Shown piece by piece: positions 1 through 13,354 of a stretch of 64,000 nucleotides of DNA (the first letter of the stretch is position 1; each line of letters starts with the position of its first letter). Position numbers and translations under genes: made by a program. This DNA comes from Setoptus koraiensis (taxonomy: Eukaryota > Animalia > Arthropoda). The notes under the pieces are model-generated. The model searched no databases and had not been told where the DNA came from. It saw only the letters and a list, made by a program, of their open reading frames with translations. The stretch spans positions 10,788,001-10,852,000 of the forward strand of contig CM106586.1 in the NCBI GenBank assembly GCA_048013815.1, given 5' to 3'.

Positions 1-927
1 GTCATTGGGATTGGTGTAGATGTTCAGACGATACAAACTATCCGGCATTCCGTTGGTGATTATGTTTGATTCGCCCGTTGTTGTGAGACGAACAATTTTG
101 CTTTCTTTGGCCAGATCATGAATATAGTAAATATCATTGTTGTCAACGAAAACAATGGAGTTTGTTTCGCCCACCCAGGAAGCATATTGAAGTTTTGGAA
201 CTTTCTGTGGATAATCCAGTTTGACCAGGTCGTCCAAAAATATAACAGTTCTGGAGGAAACAAATGACAACAAGTAAATTGAGTTATCCAGCCGAATGAT
301 GTAGAATGGTTTACAAAATAGAGATTTAGTTGTGCATTACTCACTGTGAAGATATGTTGAAAATGGCAAATCGGCCCGAGACAGGCATGCCTAGCTCTTT
401 CTTGAGATCCGACACGAACAATATCGACCTCCTGTCTGCCGATAGCTTAAAACTGGCCATTGTATGCAGAGTTTTATCTGATGTCTTTACCAGTATGGAT
501 GTGGTCATGTTTATGCGGGCATCAAATATGGCGATACTGCCATTTTGGTCTACGTAGGCTATCTCATTGGCCGATATCCACGAGCCGTTGAATCTTTTCA
601 CTCGATACTGGTCAGCTATGATGGGATCTAGGTCCAGTTTCATTCTGTAATTGTCGACATCGCTGTCTGTTAGAGTGTAAAGATTGTGCAAATTAATTCG
701 AATCTGATTAATGCGAGATCAAACACAAACCATACTTCTGGCTTTGTATGTTGTTCAGCCTAGCTATACTCACTTGTGGTGGATAATATTATAGATAATA
801 TGATGAGGCTTGATATTATGCTAATCATCAGCAACGATATCGAAATTCCCTTCCAATTCTTTTTCTCCTTCTCGCCGACAACAATGTCCTCGTCGTCCAG
901 GGCTCCAACTTTGTGTTCGAAATCCAT
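1..927 (-). CDS. Dipeptidyl peptidase 6/10-like type II membrane protein, 5' part (continues beyond window start)
   Basis: Exon 927-774: MDFEHKVGALDDEDIVVGEKEKKNWKGISISLLMISIISSLIILSIILSTT, resembling the DPP6/10 'NWKGIAIALLVI' signal-anchor, followed by GTGAGT. Exon ~703-345: ...FNGSWISANEIAY...SFKLSADRRSILF. Exon 250-1: LQYASWVGETNSIVFVDNNDIYY...RLTTTGESNIITNGMPDSLY (DPPIV N-terminal propeller). The exon1/exon2 junction phase could not be reconciled by eye. Confidence 0.8.
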
Positions 928-1911
928 GATGGTATGCTATTATTACTATTCAATGATAAGACGGCTATTAGATCTTAGGAACTGCATTCTTGACCACAGC
1001 GTCTCATTCGAAATCTCCAGCCCTACTCACCTTTCAGTTTTCTAATAAAATTTTTTCTACTGATCTCTGGAAAGCTAGACACAAAATTTGTATTCTGTGG
1101 TCAAGCCACTAGCCAGTTTCTAGTTATGCGAGATACCTAAATTGAGGAACCGCGGATTATCCCATTGGGAACTCAGTATTCGCGATGAATGCTCCGTCTT
1201 GCTATCGTCAAACTGTGCCAATTCGCAAGTATATGTTGTATGATCCAATTCAAACCATCGTTACTCTGAGATTGTCCAAGAGAATTTGTAGTGTTGCTCA
1301 AAATCGTGTTTCGCATGCATTCCAACAATCAGTGTTAGTTGACTGTCAAAACAAAACAAATACAACTAACTCGAACATGCTGACAGGGATTCCTTTGCAT
1401 TGTCAACTCGGATGTTTAGTGTAAAGAAGTCTCACAGAGTGGCAAAGGCCTCAATTCTTTGAGGAGCAGTCAGGCTGCATACCTCTGCTAACGGGACTAC
1501 GGTAGACGCGAATCTAATGCGAACGAAGCGCAGATCGGAAGGCGCGCAAACTCACTGCTAGCTGATGAGGATGTGAGAGATCAGTTAGCTTCTGCAAGCC
1601 AACGCTATCATTATTTATCGAGTAAATTTTAAACGAGATCGATGACAAAATAAAATCGCCATTCGTTGATATACAGCTTGTCAACTGCTGTTTAGACAAA
1701 TATTCTCGTACTATTGAAGACGCTTTTGTGGTCGTAGTGTAACGCGATGTAGCATTTCAAACAATTGTTGTATTTTATTTTGATAGACTATGATAAATAA
1801 GAAATGGAATAGAATATATAGCAATTCAGTTTCATAAGAGATAATTTGCAGGGTGTATATCCTGCACGCCGTTTTATGATGTTATGAGCGCATTTCATTG
1901 AATTGTCATTA

Positions 1912-3062
<1,151 letters not shown>

Positions 3063-3903
3063 ATTATAGCAATTTAATTAAATATATAGTCTTATCAATT
3101 ATGAATTCTCTAAATACGAGGAATCTATCTGTTCAGATTGAACTGACAATTGCGTTGTTGTTGATTCAGTTCAATGGTGTTGTAAATTTTCTTCAATGAT
3201 CGAGATATCCTCGGGTATAGGTCATATTTCATTTAAACTATCTATATATCTAATATTAGTCAATGAGATAGCCCACTTAAATATTATCAAAGTGCCTCTG
3301 GTGTCCTAGTTTCTGTTGTAATCCATTAAACTATAATCCTGGGCTATCACTAATCTATCTAATAGATTTCATCAGCTTACAAAATTAACGAGTGGTACGG
3401 TGGGATATTGGGTGCAACAAAATAACAGTTTGGCTTTGTTTTCTATAATTAATAATAATAGTAACTGCATCTATTTGTTCTTAATGAATAATGAATAAAT
3501 AAATATCCTAGCTATAGATTGAGATTGGCAACAAGATCATCCCTATCAGGAGGTTACTGCCATCAACCTGTGAAATGTAATCATACAGTATGATTCACAC
3601 TACCGCAATCATTACAGACAACGCATCAAAGCATATGTTTTTCTCGTTAGTCCTGCAGCTCAATAGTTAACCTGCTTACTAAACCGGTACTCACTGTTAC
3701 TAGCCTCTATGAGTTTTCTCTTATCAATACTATTTGTGCCCGCTGTATTTGACTAACATAACTGCAGGATCGCAAGAATGAATCTGTAGTGACAACTGCA
3801 CGAAATAAAAGCCAATTTTTTGTTGAATCACCATGAAACTGTTTGTATCAAATCATTCTTCTTATTCACTCTATAAATAGATAGCGTTCTCCAACAAATT
3901 ACA

Positions 3904-4923
3904 TTGAGCATGGCTCACATTAGAGACGATCCAGCCACCACCAAACCTAAAGCGGGAGACGATGATGAAGGATGCAATTGGGGATTCGCAAATGATGCCA
4001 TAACCAGTGATTGTTTACTAGCTGGGTCAGATTCAGACAAATTCATTGCAGTCTATGAGGAGTACCTCAGAAACAACAAATCAGCGCCTGATTCTACACC
4101 AAACGAATCCACCTACTGTCAAAATGCACAAAAATCGTTGGAGGAATGGTTTTCTAATGAAGGACACAAATTCGAACCAACAGTTGTACAACAGGACGAC
4201 GAATTTATCTGTCATATTGATCTACCTTTAGAGGATCAAGATTTCGAGATACATTCTGAGGCAAAGGCAAAAAGAAAAGACGCTATTCTAGATGGATGTC
4301 TCAAGGCTTGCAAGCTATTAGATTCAGCCGGTATCTTGTATCCTTGGCAGCAATCTAAAGATCCCGATGGTAAACTTAAGAGAAAGCAGCTGGCAGAAAG
4401 TCAGTTCGAGGATGATTGTGAATATGACGATACCGTGGAGACCCAGGTTAGGCAAGCTAGAAAAATGCAGAAACGAGAAGATGGTCATTCAAATAAAGTA
4501 GACACTTATGATTCCCTCATGACAAAGTGGCGCAATATCATGATGTCCTTGTCAAAAACCAAAGCTCAATTAGTTACGATAGATCTTTCCGTTAAAGCTT
4601 CTGATAAAGAAAAAGCGAGCGAGAGCCAACCAGAGGACGAGGACCCTCTAGATACATACATGAATACACTCAGTCAGAAACCTAAATTAAGTATTAATGA
4701 CAAGATTCAGAAATCGAAATTGAAGAATCAGATCTCACAATTAGAAAAAGAGAAAGCGGCTTTGGAGAGACTGATTGAATTAGCCAAGCCTGTATTCAGT
4801 TTGAAAAAGGCAGCCTCGCAATCATCACAGGTAGAATTGACTAAAAACAATCAACAGTCGTGTGATGTTGAAACAAAAAACAATGTGAGAATTATTGGCC
4901 CGACTATGCCTCCAAACAATTAA
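3904..4923 (+). CDS. Kanadaptin (SLC4A1AP)-like protein, central region only
   Basis: 339-codon ORF (first ATG 3910). CNWGFANDA, KSLEEWFSNEGHKFE...FICHIDLP...KRKDAILDGCLKACKLLDSAGIL (dsRBD-like), DTYDSLMTKW and DPLDTYMNTL plus a coiled coil match the kanadaptin middle region. No FHA domain seen. Confidence 0.7.
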   Translation: MSMAHIRDDPATTKPKAGDDDEGCNWGFANDAITSDCLLAGSDSDKFIAVYEEYLRNNKSAPDSTPNESTYCQNAQKSLEEWFSNEGHKFEPTVVQQDDEFICHIDLPLEDQDFEIHSEAKAKRKDAILDGCLKACKLLDSAGILYPWQQSKDPDGKLKRKQLAESQFEDDCEYDDTVETQVRQARKMQKREDGHSNKVDTYDSLMTKWRNIMMSLSKTKAQLVTIDLSVKASDKEKASESQPEDEDPLDTYMNTLSQKPKLSINDKIQKSKLKNQISQLEKEKAALERLIELAKPVFSLKKAASQSSQVELTKNNQQSCDVETKNNVRIIGPTMPPNN

Positions 4924-6192
4924 ACTGATTGAAAATTTTTTGACAGACTAGTTTGTCCAGACTGACGGTGGACATACTTTCATCATTCAGAACTTCCTTG
5001 TCCATTTTCTCTACGAAGTCGTAGCTCAACTTTAATTAGATGTCGCCTTTTCCGTCGCTGCAACCCACCAGAAATTGTTTCAGATTAATGGGATTTATTG
5101 GGAAGGTTGGGGTGGAGTAGCCGTTCCTAATCGATGACAATCGAACAATCGTTATCACAATTCAATTTTTGGTTTCTGTATTTTATTCTATAAACATTAT
5201 GAACGTACATGTATTATTACATTTAGTTTCGTTGGATTGGTCAGTTGGTGTAGTCAAGTCCAAAAAATCGTTTTGTGGCTGGTGTATTTCCCTTTACATT
5301 AGAATTGATCACTTAGATGGATTGATTTTATTTAATTCAAGAGTGTGGGTATAGCAATCTTAATGTAGGTCTCGATCTATCTTTGACAAAACAAACGTGG
5401 TGTCACTCCAAGCTTTTCAATTTTTAGATAGTGTCGAGGTGTTTAGAACCAGTGATGTGCTTGAATATTAATGATACTTCTGTAGGTAGTGATTATCGAG
5501 TAAGTTTGTGAGATGTCATTGCGTACTGCAGTGAATTGACTAGATTTTGATCACATTGAGTGGCTTGATTTAGCTTTGCACTTTTCTTCCTTTTTCTCTG
5601 TAATTAGGTGCAAGTTAGATATAAGTTAAGATTTAAGGTAGAAGAAATTTTCACTACCTCAGTCGCTTTGTAAGAGTTGTAGAATAGTAACCAACCAACA
5701 AAATATATATTTGTATAGCAATGTTGATTTATATATCTGCTTTGAAGAATTTTCAGTATAACTTAACTCATGATTATGTTGCAACAATAAATATCATCCT
5801 TATACAGAATAGAGCTTTCTTCTGGTAAAGAATTTTCTCAAAAGACATGAGAGTAGAACTAAAATCTCTCAGACTTCCACGGCTTTTCAGCTCTGATATT
5901 ATGTCGTTTTCATAATGATATCAACATAGATCTTTAAGTAACATTAAATAACCGGTCACAATCTTATGACCGAATAGCGCCGATATGATATCTATACAAA
6001 GCTAATAAATAAGTTTTTGTCAGGTTTTTTTTTGCTCCAAAAATGAATGTGTAAATAGTGAACTATGTGGATATCTTACTTGTACTTTCTTCAATAGTGT
6101 AAATAGCTGCTTGCTTGCTCGCAAGCTTTTCTGCCGCTGTTCGTTGTCATATTAATCCTCTAATTCCAACAAGCCTTTAATATTGGGGCCTC

Positions 6193-9100
6193 CTAGAACA
6201 AATGTAACGCTTTTTCAACTAATCTAACCGGCGCATTCAGCCTGCCGGTTATTGTGTTAAGCGACGAAGACTTATCATGATTCTTAACATCATCATGGTA
6301 ACCATTTTGCTGATGCTGCGCTCTAAAATTGGCTATCTTTTGACTCTGTTGTAGTTCGCTATATGGCTGTTGTCGTTTTTGATTTGTTATTGTCAATGAT
6401 TCAATATTGTCTTTGCCAAGTACACCTCTTTGGTTAACGTGATTATTGTTGTTATTAGGATAGAAGTTTTGAACAGTTTTGGCAGGGGATGTGGTGGCCG
6501 ATTGTGATGTTCCAATAGTTGCACTACTTGCAGATAGTTTATGGTGAGGCGACCAGTTGGGTGATGCATTAATGCTATGTGCACTATCTTTACGACGTTG
6601 TTGATCGTTAGTGTGTATATTTAATGTATTCAATCCATTGTTGCTGGTACTAAGCTGTTGTTCACTACTACTGATTCCACTTGTTGTTCCGCTATTGTAG
6701 TTGCTATTTTTGCTACTAGTTTTATGATTATTTGCATTCACAGATGAGGATGATGATGATGACGGCGGACTGTTTGAGATAGTAGTAGTACTAATTGTCG
6801 TAGTGCTGTTGGCAGTTGATATGCAATTATGATTGTTTGTAAAACAATTGTTTTTGCTGTTTTGGTGTTCAGTAGTCCCAATCTGAACTTGCGCTGCCAT
6901 TCGAGGTAAATCTTCACCGTAGGCACCTTTAATGTTAATTTCACTTGAACCATCTATTCGTTCGGGTACTGTTCCATCAAGAAAATTATGGCCTTGACTC
7001 ATAACGAGAGATGGTATAACGTTGTTGACTGTAGTCTTTGGGGGCAATGGTAGCTTTCTTCTGACAAGCCAAGGATGACGTAAGGCTGCTGCAGGTGTTA
7101 ATCTATTAGATGGATCCCATTCTAAACAACGCTCAACAAAGTCAATAAATGTAGGATCATCACAATTACCCAAAGCTGCGTGCCATGATCTAGATTTTGG
7201 AGGACCCCGGGTCTTTCCGCGCTTAGATTTTCCACCTAACAAGATTATTTTTCCATTTGGTAGTGTCTCAGCCATAGTGCAGTATCTCGGGTATCCCCTG
7301 GAACTTATAAATTGCTTGACTCGCGAGAGTTTTGCTCTATTTAATAATATTTTAGGAGGCATACCCAGCAATTCTATGATACACGCTAATTGATCGCCTT
7401 CATCTTCTCCCGGAAATAGAGGGTGTCCTGTGGCTAGCTCTGCTAGTATGCATCCCAGAGACCACATATCAATTGGCATACCATACTTTGCACCCAAAAT
7501 AGTTTCCGGTGATCGGTAAAATCTAAACATTTGACAGATATATCAGTAGCAATAACAAAAAAGAAACAAATAGTAAGATTCATGTTGATTCATGTATTAA
7601 CTGAGACAGGTAAAAATTTACAGCCATTATCACCATAAAATTGTGCTAATATTTGTCAACACACGGTATTGTTTGAGAATTGATTGCCCCAAGATAATGA
7701 ATTCTCCGGATATCACAACAATAGCCAGAACTCATCGATGTAAACAATCTTATCTTCATATTGCAACGTATTTGATATTGATCGAGTCAAGTATCTAAAT
7801 ACGTGATGGTACAATCTTAGCGAGGATCTATTTCGCTCTTTTCAATAGACAGTTAGTGGGATGTCTAGTATACTGGTAAATATGTAGTAAGTGGCAATGG
7901 ACAGAGAATATCGGAAGTAAACGCAAGCCACTCCTCACTGATCTATGGTAAATTGTTTGTGTCTGAACTTGTATAGATGGATAAGGTAGAGTATTTTAGA
8001 GTAATCTTATAAGATGATAGTTATGTGTTATTTCGTGTGCAGTTCACAATTGCTTGCAAGACCTCCGCGAATAAAGCTGTCTACGGTACAACATTTTGAT
8101 ACGGTAGACAGCTTACATACAAACAGAGTAATCTCTGTATTGGTCGGTCTATGACTCTTCTATCTATCTAGCGAACAGCTATAATCTGTCTACATAAAAA
8201 AGCTGAAATAGTGCATTAACTCATTCATCTCAGTTATCAGGCATCACCAGTGATTGGCGGCTTGTCATGACAAAAAATGATGAAATAAAATAAACATGCA
8301 ACTATCATAAAAGTATGTGCTGTTGATTGAATCTTAATCGATAGCCAGCTTCTATGTAGCTACATCTTAGCGATAGTAGCAGCTCAGACAGTAAATAATG
8401 ATTCGGGCTAGCTGGCCCTCGTCTATGATCATACGATATGATACTGTTTGTGAGGGTGTGTGTGTGTGTTGAACTTTGTGAGTTTTTAGTTTGAAGTTAA
8501 GTAATGTTGATAACGTCGAGGACGAGGACAGCGACTACAATCACCACCAGCACTACCACTACCGCCGCCACTACTACTATTACTATTACTTGTACATGGA
8601 TAGAGGAAGAGAGTAGATGGTTAAGATTGTTTGAGCTGAATCGTGGCCCATTGCGTGTGCTTATAGATATCAAACAATAGCTAGACAATGAGATAGCTGC
8701 TGCAAGCAATTTGATGTAGGCTTATGATAATGTTATATATGATAGTTGACGTGAGATGTGTGTATATATGACGGTATAAGATAAAAATAATAATGGTGAT
8801 AATAGCAGCAATATGATGATGATGACTTACCTCGATTGAATATAGGTATGTATGCGTCGATTTTCGAAGCAAGACGAACCAAAGTCAATGACTTTAATTC
8901 CGCTACGACTTTGTTGTTTTAATAGGACATTTTCAGGTTTGAGATCGCAATGGATAATTTTGTTTTCATTTAATGCCTCTAAACATTTTAGAATTGAATA
9001 GGCAAATCTACGGACTAGATGAATACTAAAGCCAGCGAATTTGTTCTTTCTGGTAAGCTCGTACAAATTTAAGCTTAATAGCTCAAAAGTGATGCAAGTG

Positions 9101-9804
9101 TGACTGCGGAAAAAAAAACTTTCAAACATGTGTACAACGTTCATGGTGTTATGTGTGTCTTTGTGTCTAAGATGCGTCAATATTTTGATCTCTTCTAGTG
9201 CTTGCTGATGGAAACGTCTCTCGTTTCTGACCATTTTAAGGGCAACATTTTGCATTGTTTTATGATCGAATGCCTTGACAACACTACCAAAGCTTCCCTT
9301 GCCTATGATCTTGAGCATCTCATAACGGTAGGCAATGTGATCGTGCGCAACATGTATGTAGGAACCCGATTGATCATCAAATCCATAATTTTTACAATTG
9401 GTCCCCTTGAGATGATCACGTTTTTTGTTAGTGGCAGCGCCAATGAAATATATTTGCGGATACTGAAGAATCTCTTGCAATTCGTATTGGGTGAGCCTAA
9501 AATGATACACCTCAATAACCTGCTCGGGCGACACAACAAATTCCTCTTCCTTGCTGCTGTTTGTGCTGATGGTGCTGATGGTGTTTGCGTTGCTGGCGTG
9601 GCCCTGGCTGCTGGTTGAGTTAGAGTTTTGGTTTTGGTTCTGGTTGGGGCCCGTCGACGACACCAGAGCGACGCCCGAATCGTGGTCGTTGTTGTTGGGC
9701 TCCAGTTTGTTGTTGGTCGACATGACGTTGTTGAGGTTGTTGTTGGAGTCTTGCAGTTGTAGCTTGTAGTGGTTGTTGGTGTCGATTTGTTGTTCCTGTT
9801 TCAT
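6193..9804 (-). CDS. DYRK2: Class-2 DYRK dual-specificity kinase (DYRK2-like, ~767 aa, 2 exons)
   Basis: Exon 9804-8831 carries NAPA ([19 protein letters not shown]), DH box ([24 protein letters not shown]), [14 protein letters not shown] and DFG, ending IQSR|GTAAGT. Exon 7522-6193 begins [27 protein letters not shown]. Ser/Asn-rich tail. The start codon may lie further upstream. Confidence 0.93.
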
Positions 9805-12236
9805 GTTGCTCGTCGTATTACTGTTGTTGCTGTTGCTGCTGTGTTTGCTGCTGATATTAGCGCTGGCTGGGACGCGGGCTGGGCAGTTCACCGCCGGCGA
9901 GCATGTTGATACTGAGTGACTGGCTAATTGATGATTTCTGAGAATTCGCGAAGTGGGATAATTCGATGCTGCTAACTGTGGCTCGAAATTCGCAATATTC
10001 GACTGGCGATATTTCCACTGGCGACAGTTCGACCGCGATATTTCCACTGGCAATAATTCGACTGGCAATAATTCGATTCGCTGCTGGTGCGCCGAACGGC
10101 CGTGTGCTGAACTGGTCGTGTCTCCGCGACTCGCTGACAACGACTGACGCGGCTGTGATATTTGCTGCTCGCCCGTCCAGTGGGCGCGATCGCGTCGAAT
10201 TTCTGCTCTTGCTGCCGCTGCTGCTGCTGTAGTGTGTTCACCTTGCAATAATGTTCTATTGTCTGTACGTGTCCACTGCTCGGGCCGACTGGCTAACTGT
10301 GGCGACTGTTGCTGTTGCTGCCAACAATTCGACAATCTCTCTCGACAATGTCTGCCGCCGTGTCTCTTCCTAAAAAGTGCTTCTTGTTGTGCTGCCGCTG
10401 CTGCTGCTGCCAAAGTTCTACTCGAACGCACAGAGCGCTGTGCTGTTGTTCGTCGACACACACACACACAAATCGTCTGTTGTTGTTCGGCCACTCTTGA
10501 TCGAATCTTTTTGTCCGTCGTCGTTCGCTGCTGAGCGTCGTTCGCTGCTTGTGAGTCGCTCAGTTCGTCGCCGCTCTCGCTCAGTTCGTTCGCTCGCCCG
10601 TCCAATCCCCTCCACAGCGATGCCTGCCTGCCCCCGCTCTGCCCCTCTGTTGCTATCGCTGGCACTCCGGCCGCCGCGCTCTCTATACACTGTACGAGTC
10701 GAGTACAGTGTGTGTGCGTGTGCGCTGTGATATCTGTGTGCGCCTGTGTGCAGTTGGCATGGCCGGCCTATACTCTGCGTTGTCTGCGTTGCGGGCACAA
10801 TACTCAACGCTCACCATACTCACAATGGTGCAGTGTGTGGCAGGCTAGCGCTCGCAGCGCCAGCGCTGCACCTTGCCAGCGTCACGGCAATGCCAGCGAC
10901 TGTGGCCAATACTGTGTGTATCTGCCAGCAAAATTGCCGAACACTGTTCAGCGAGCGCTCGGCTGGCGTGCACCATGGAACTGGCTGGGGCTGGCTGGCT
11001 GCGCGCTAGCGCCGCACCACCGTGGCACTGCGGCACCGTGTACTGGCCAGGCCGCGTACAGGCCGTCCCGACGCAAACGGTTCAGGCTAAACCGGCCTGG
11101 CAATGGCTGTGCCACAGACCGCGCGCACATTGCGGGCCATTGAACTAGCGCACACACGACGAAGCTTTTTTGCCCGCCTGATGCTGCCGGCTGCTGCAGC
11201 CGCGCGCGACCCCCGCCACCGCGTCCCACTGCGGCCCGTAGGCTACGGGCCGGCTGTGGCCCGACTGCACCACTAGTGCAGCGCTCTGGTCCAGCGGTGC
11301 CGGTGCGGCGGGCACTGCGCACCCTGTACGCACAGAGTGTGCGGTGCACCCTGTACGTACAGAGTGCGCGGTGCGGAGTGTGGCTCGCCGCATTCACTGC
11401 TGAGCAGTGTGCCAACGAGCGCCAGCAGGCAGCCAGTGGGCAGCCAATAGCTGCCGTCGAGCAGAGTGCCACACACACACACACACACGACCGCTGGCTG
11501 GCAGCGGCTGCCAGAGGCACCCCGAAGCAGCCGCAACGGCAATGCAGGCCAACGCAGGCCATTCGGCAGCGCCAGCGTCGCTATCTGCTCGCACTGTTTC
11601 TGGGCCGACGCTGGCGACGCACACTGCCAGTCGACGGGCGCACTACGCGACTGGCACACTGCGGTCGCCGACGTACACTGTGTGCCACTACTACTGCGCC
11701 GGCCTAGCCGCTGCTGCCCCTGTGCCAGTGCCACCAGTCTAGTGGTGCCAACAGATACACACAGCATAGGCCGTCTGATGCACGGCAGCGCGCGGGGGAA
11801 GGCAGAAGCCATTGCTCTGGCTTGCCAGCGGCCGTAATGGGGTCAGAGCGCAACACTGCAACCGTGGCTGGCAGTGTGCGACTCGCACACTGCCAACTGC
11901 GAGCAAGCAAACTGCCAGCCTGCAAACTGCCGCCACAAAATGGGGCTCAAGTTGACGATAAGCTCATCATCGCGCGACTGGCAACTATTGAGTCAGTTGA
12001 CTATTGAGACTTGGAGCCACATGTGCTGTCCACAGTGCACGGTCCACTTTGTGGCTCGGGGCTCAGTGTGCGGCAGAGGGGGCCCGCTTGCATGTGCGCC
12101 GGCCCGTCGGAGCTGGCCTCGGCCAGAGGCACGGCCAAAGCAAGCAGCATTGAGATGTATTGAGATCATGTAACACTGACAGCGAGCAAAAATCGCGGCT
12201 TGCATGCGGAAAGGTGGCCGCATGCGTGACCCAGGC

Positions 12237-12306
12237 CCCAGCGATGCTACCCAGCGATGCTACCCAGCGATGCTACCCAGCGATGCTACCCAGCGATGCT
12301 ACCCAG
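12237..12306. repeat. 13-bp tandem repeat CCCAGCGATGCTA x5
   Basis: Five exact units plus a partial unit read directly. Confidence 0.95.
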
Positions 12307-13298
12307 GCCAGCATCGCGCCACAGTGACTGTGGCGCGGTGCGCAGAAATGTCGCATGACAATGCAATCAGTTGTTTGCATCGCTGACACACTGCTGCAAT
12401 ACCAAGTGGCGCTGTGGCCAAAATAGTCGACTGGCGTGACATTGATGTCCAGCCCGACACTGATTATGATCTAATTATATCCAGACGCACACACACACAC
12501 AATCGCTGCCATTTTATCTTGTTTGATTAACAGCGACCATGTTGATACTGTTCGGTGCACTGGCAACTTGTGAGTAGTCACAAGTGAGTGTGTCACACCG
12601 CGGTATGTTGTCCGTGTCACACACTGGGCCACAATGGCACCAGTATCATGCTAGCAGGATGATACTGGCAGCATCACTAATGCATTGGCTGCATTGGCTC
12701 GGTCAGCGCTGATCTCGTTTGGACGAAATCAAATCAGCAGTCAGCTGACAGCGGCAACAGATACACACAGCTGACAGCAACAACAAGTGGACAATACCAT
12801 AATTGGGCAGTGCCACACTCCGCGGGCTTCACCGCAGCGCCGATGCTGCCAGTGGCCGGTGCTGCCAGTTGCGGGTGCTGCCAGTTGCCGATGCTGCCAG
12901 TGGCTGCCAAACGGCATGTGGCTTGTTAACCTACTTTTGTCATTAGCCGGTTTGGCCGCTGATGTCCAGCTGACAGTGGGCCGCCCACTGGCCAGGCTGC
13001 GTCCAGCTGGCTGCGTCCAGTCGGCCGACATCGGCGGCGATACGAGTGGTCGGCGCACAAATGCGACAGAGACGGGCAGGCATCTTTGTCACATTCTTTC
13101 ACGTTGCAGCTACCACTGGCACAACCACTGGCACCACCATTGACACTGACACTACCACTGGCACTGGGGCGACTCGTCGGCGCACGTGAAACGGGCCGGT
13201 GTGGCGCCACTTTGGCCCATTGTGCGCCGAGCGGCGCAATTAGCATTATGCATTATGCTGATTGGCACGGCATTAGCACGGCACTGCTGATGCGCCAC

Positions 13299-13354
13299 AC
13301 GAGATACGCCAAACGAGATACGCCAAACGATATACGCCAGACGAGATACGCCAG
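13299..13354. repeat. 14-bp tandem repeat ACGAGATACGCCA(A/G) x4
   Basis: Four near-identical units read directly. Confidence 0.85.

Noticed and set aside
12161-12180. bantam-like seed TGAGATCAT
   Set aside because: The match is limited to 9 nt and no pre-miRNA hairpin partner is evident.
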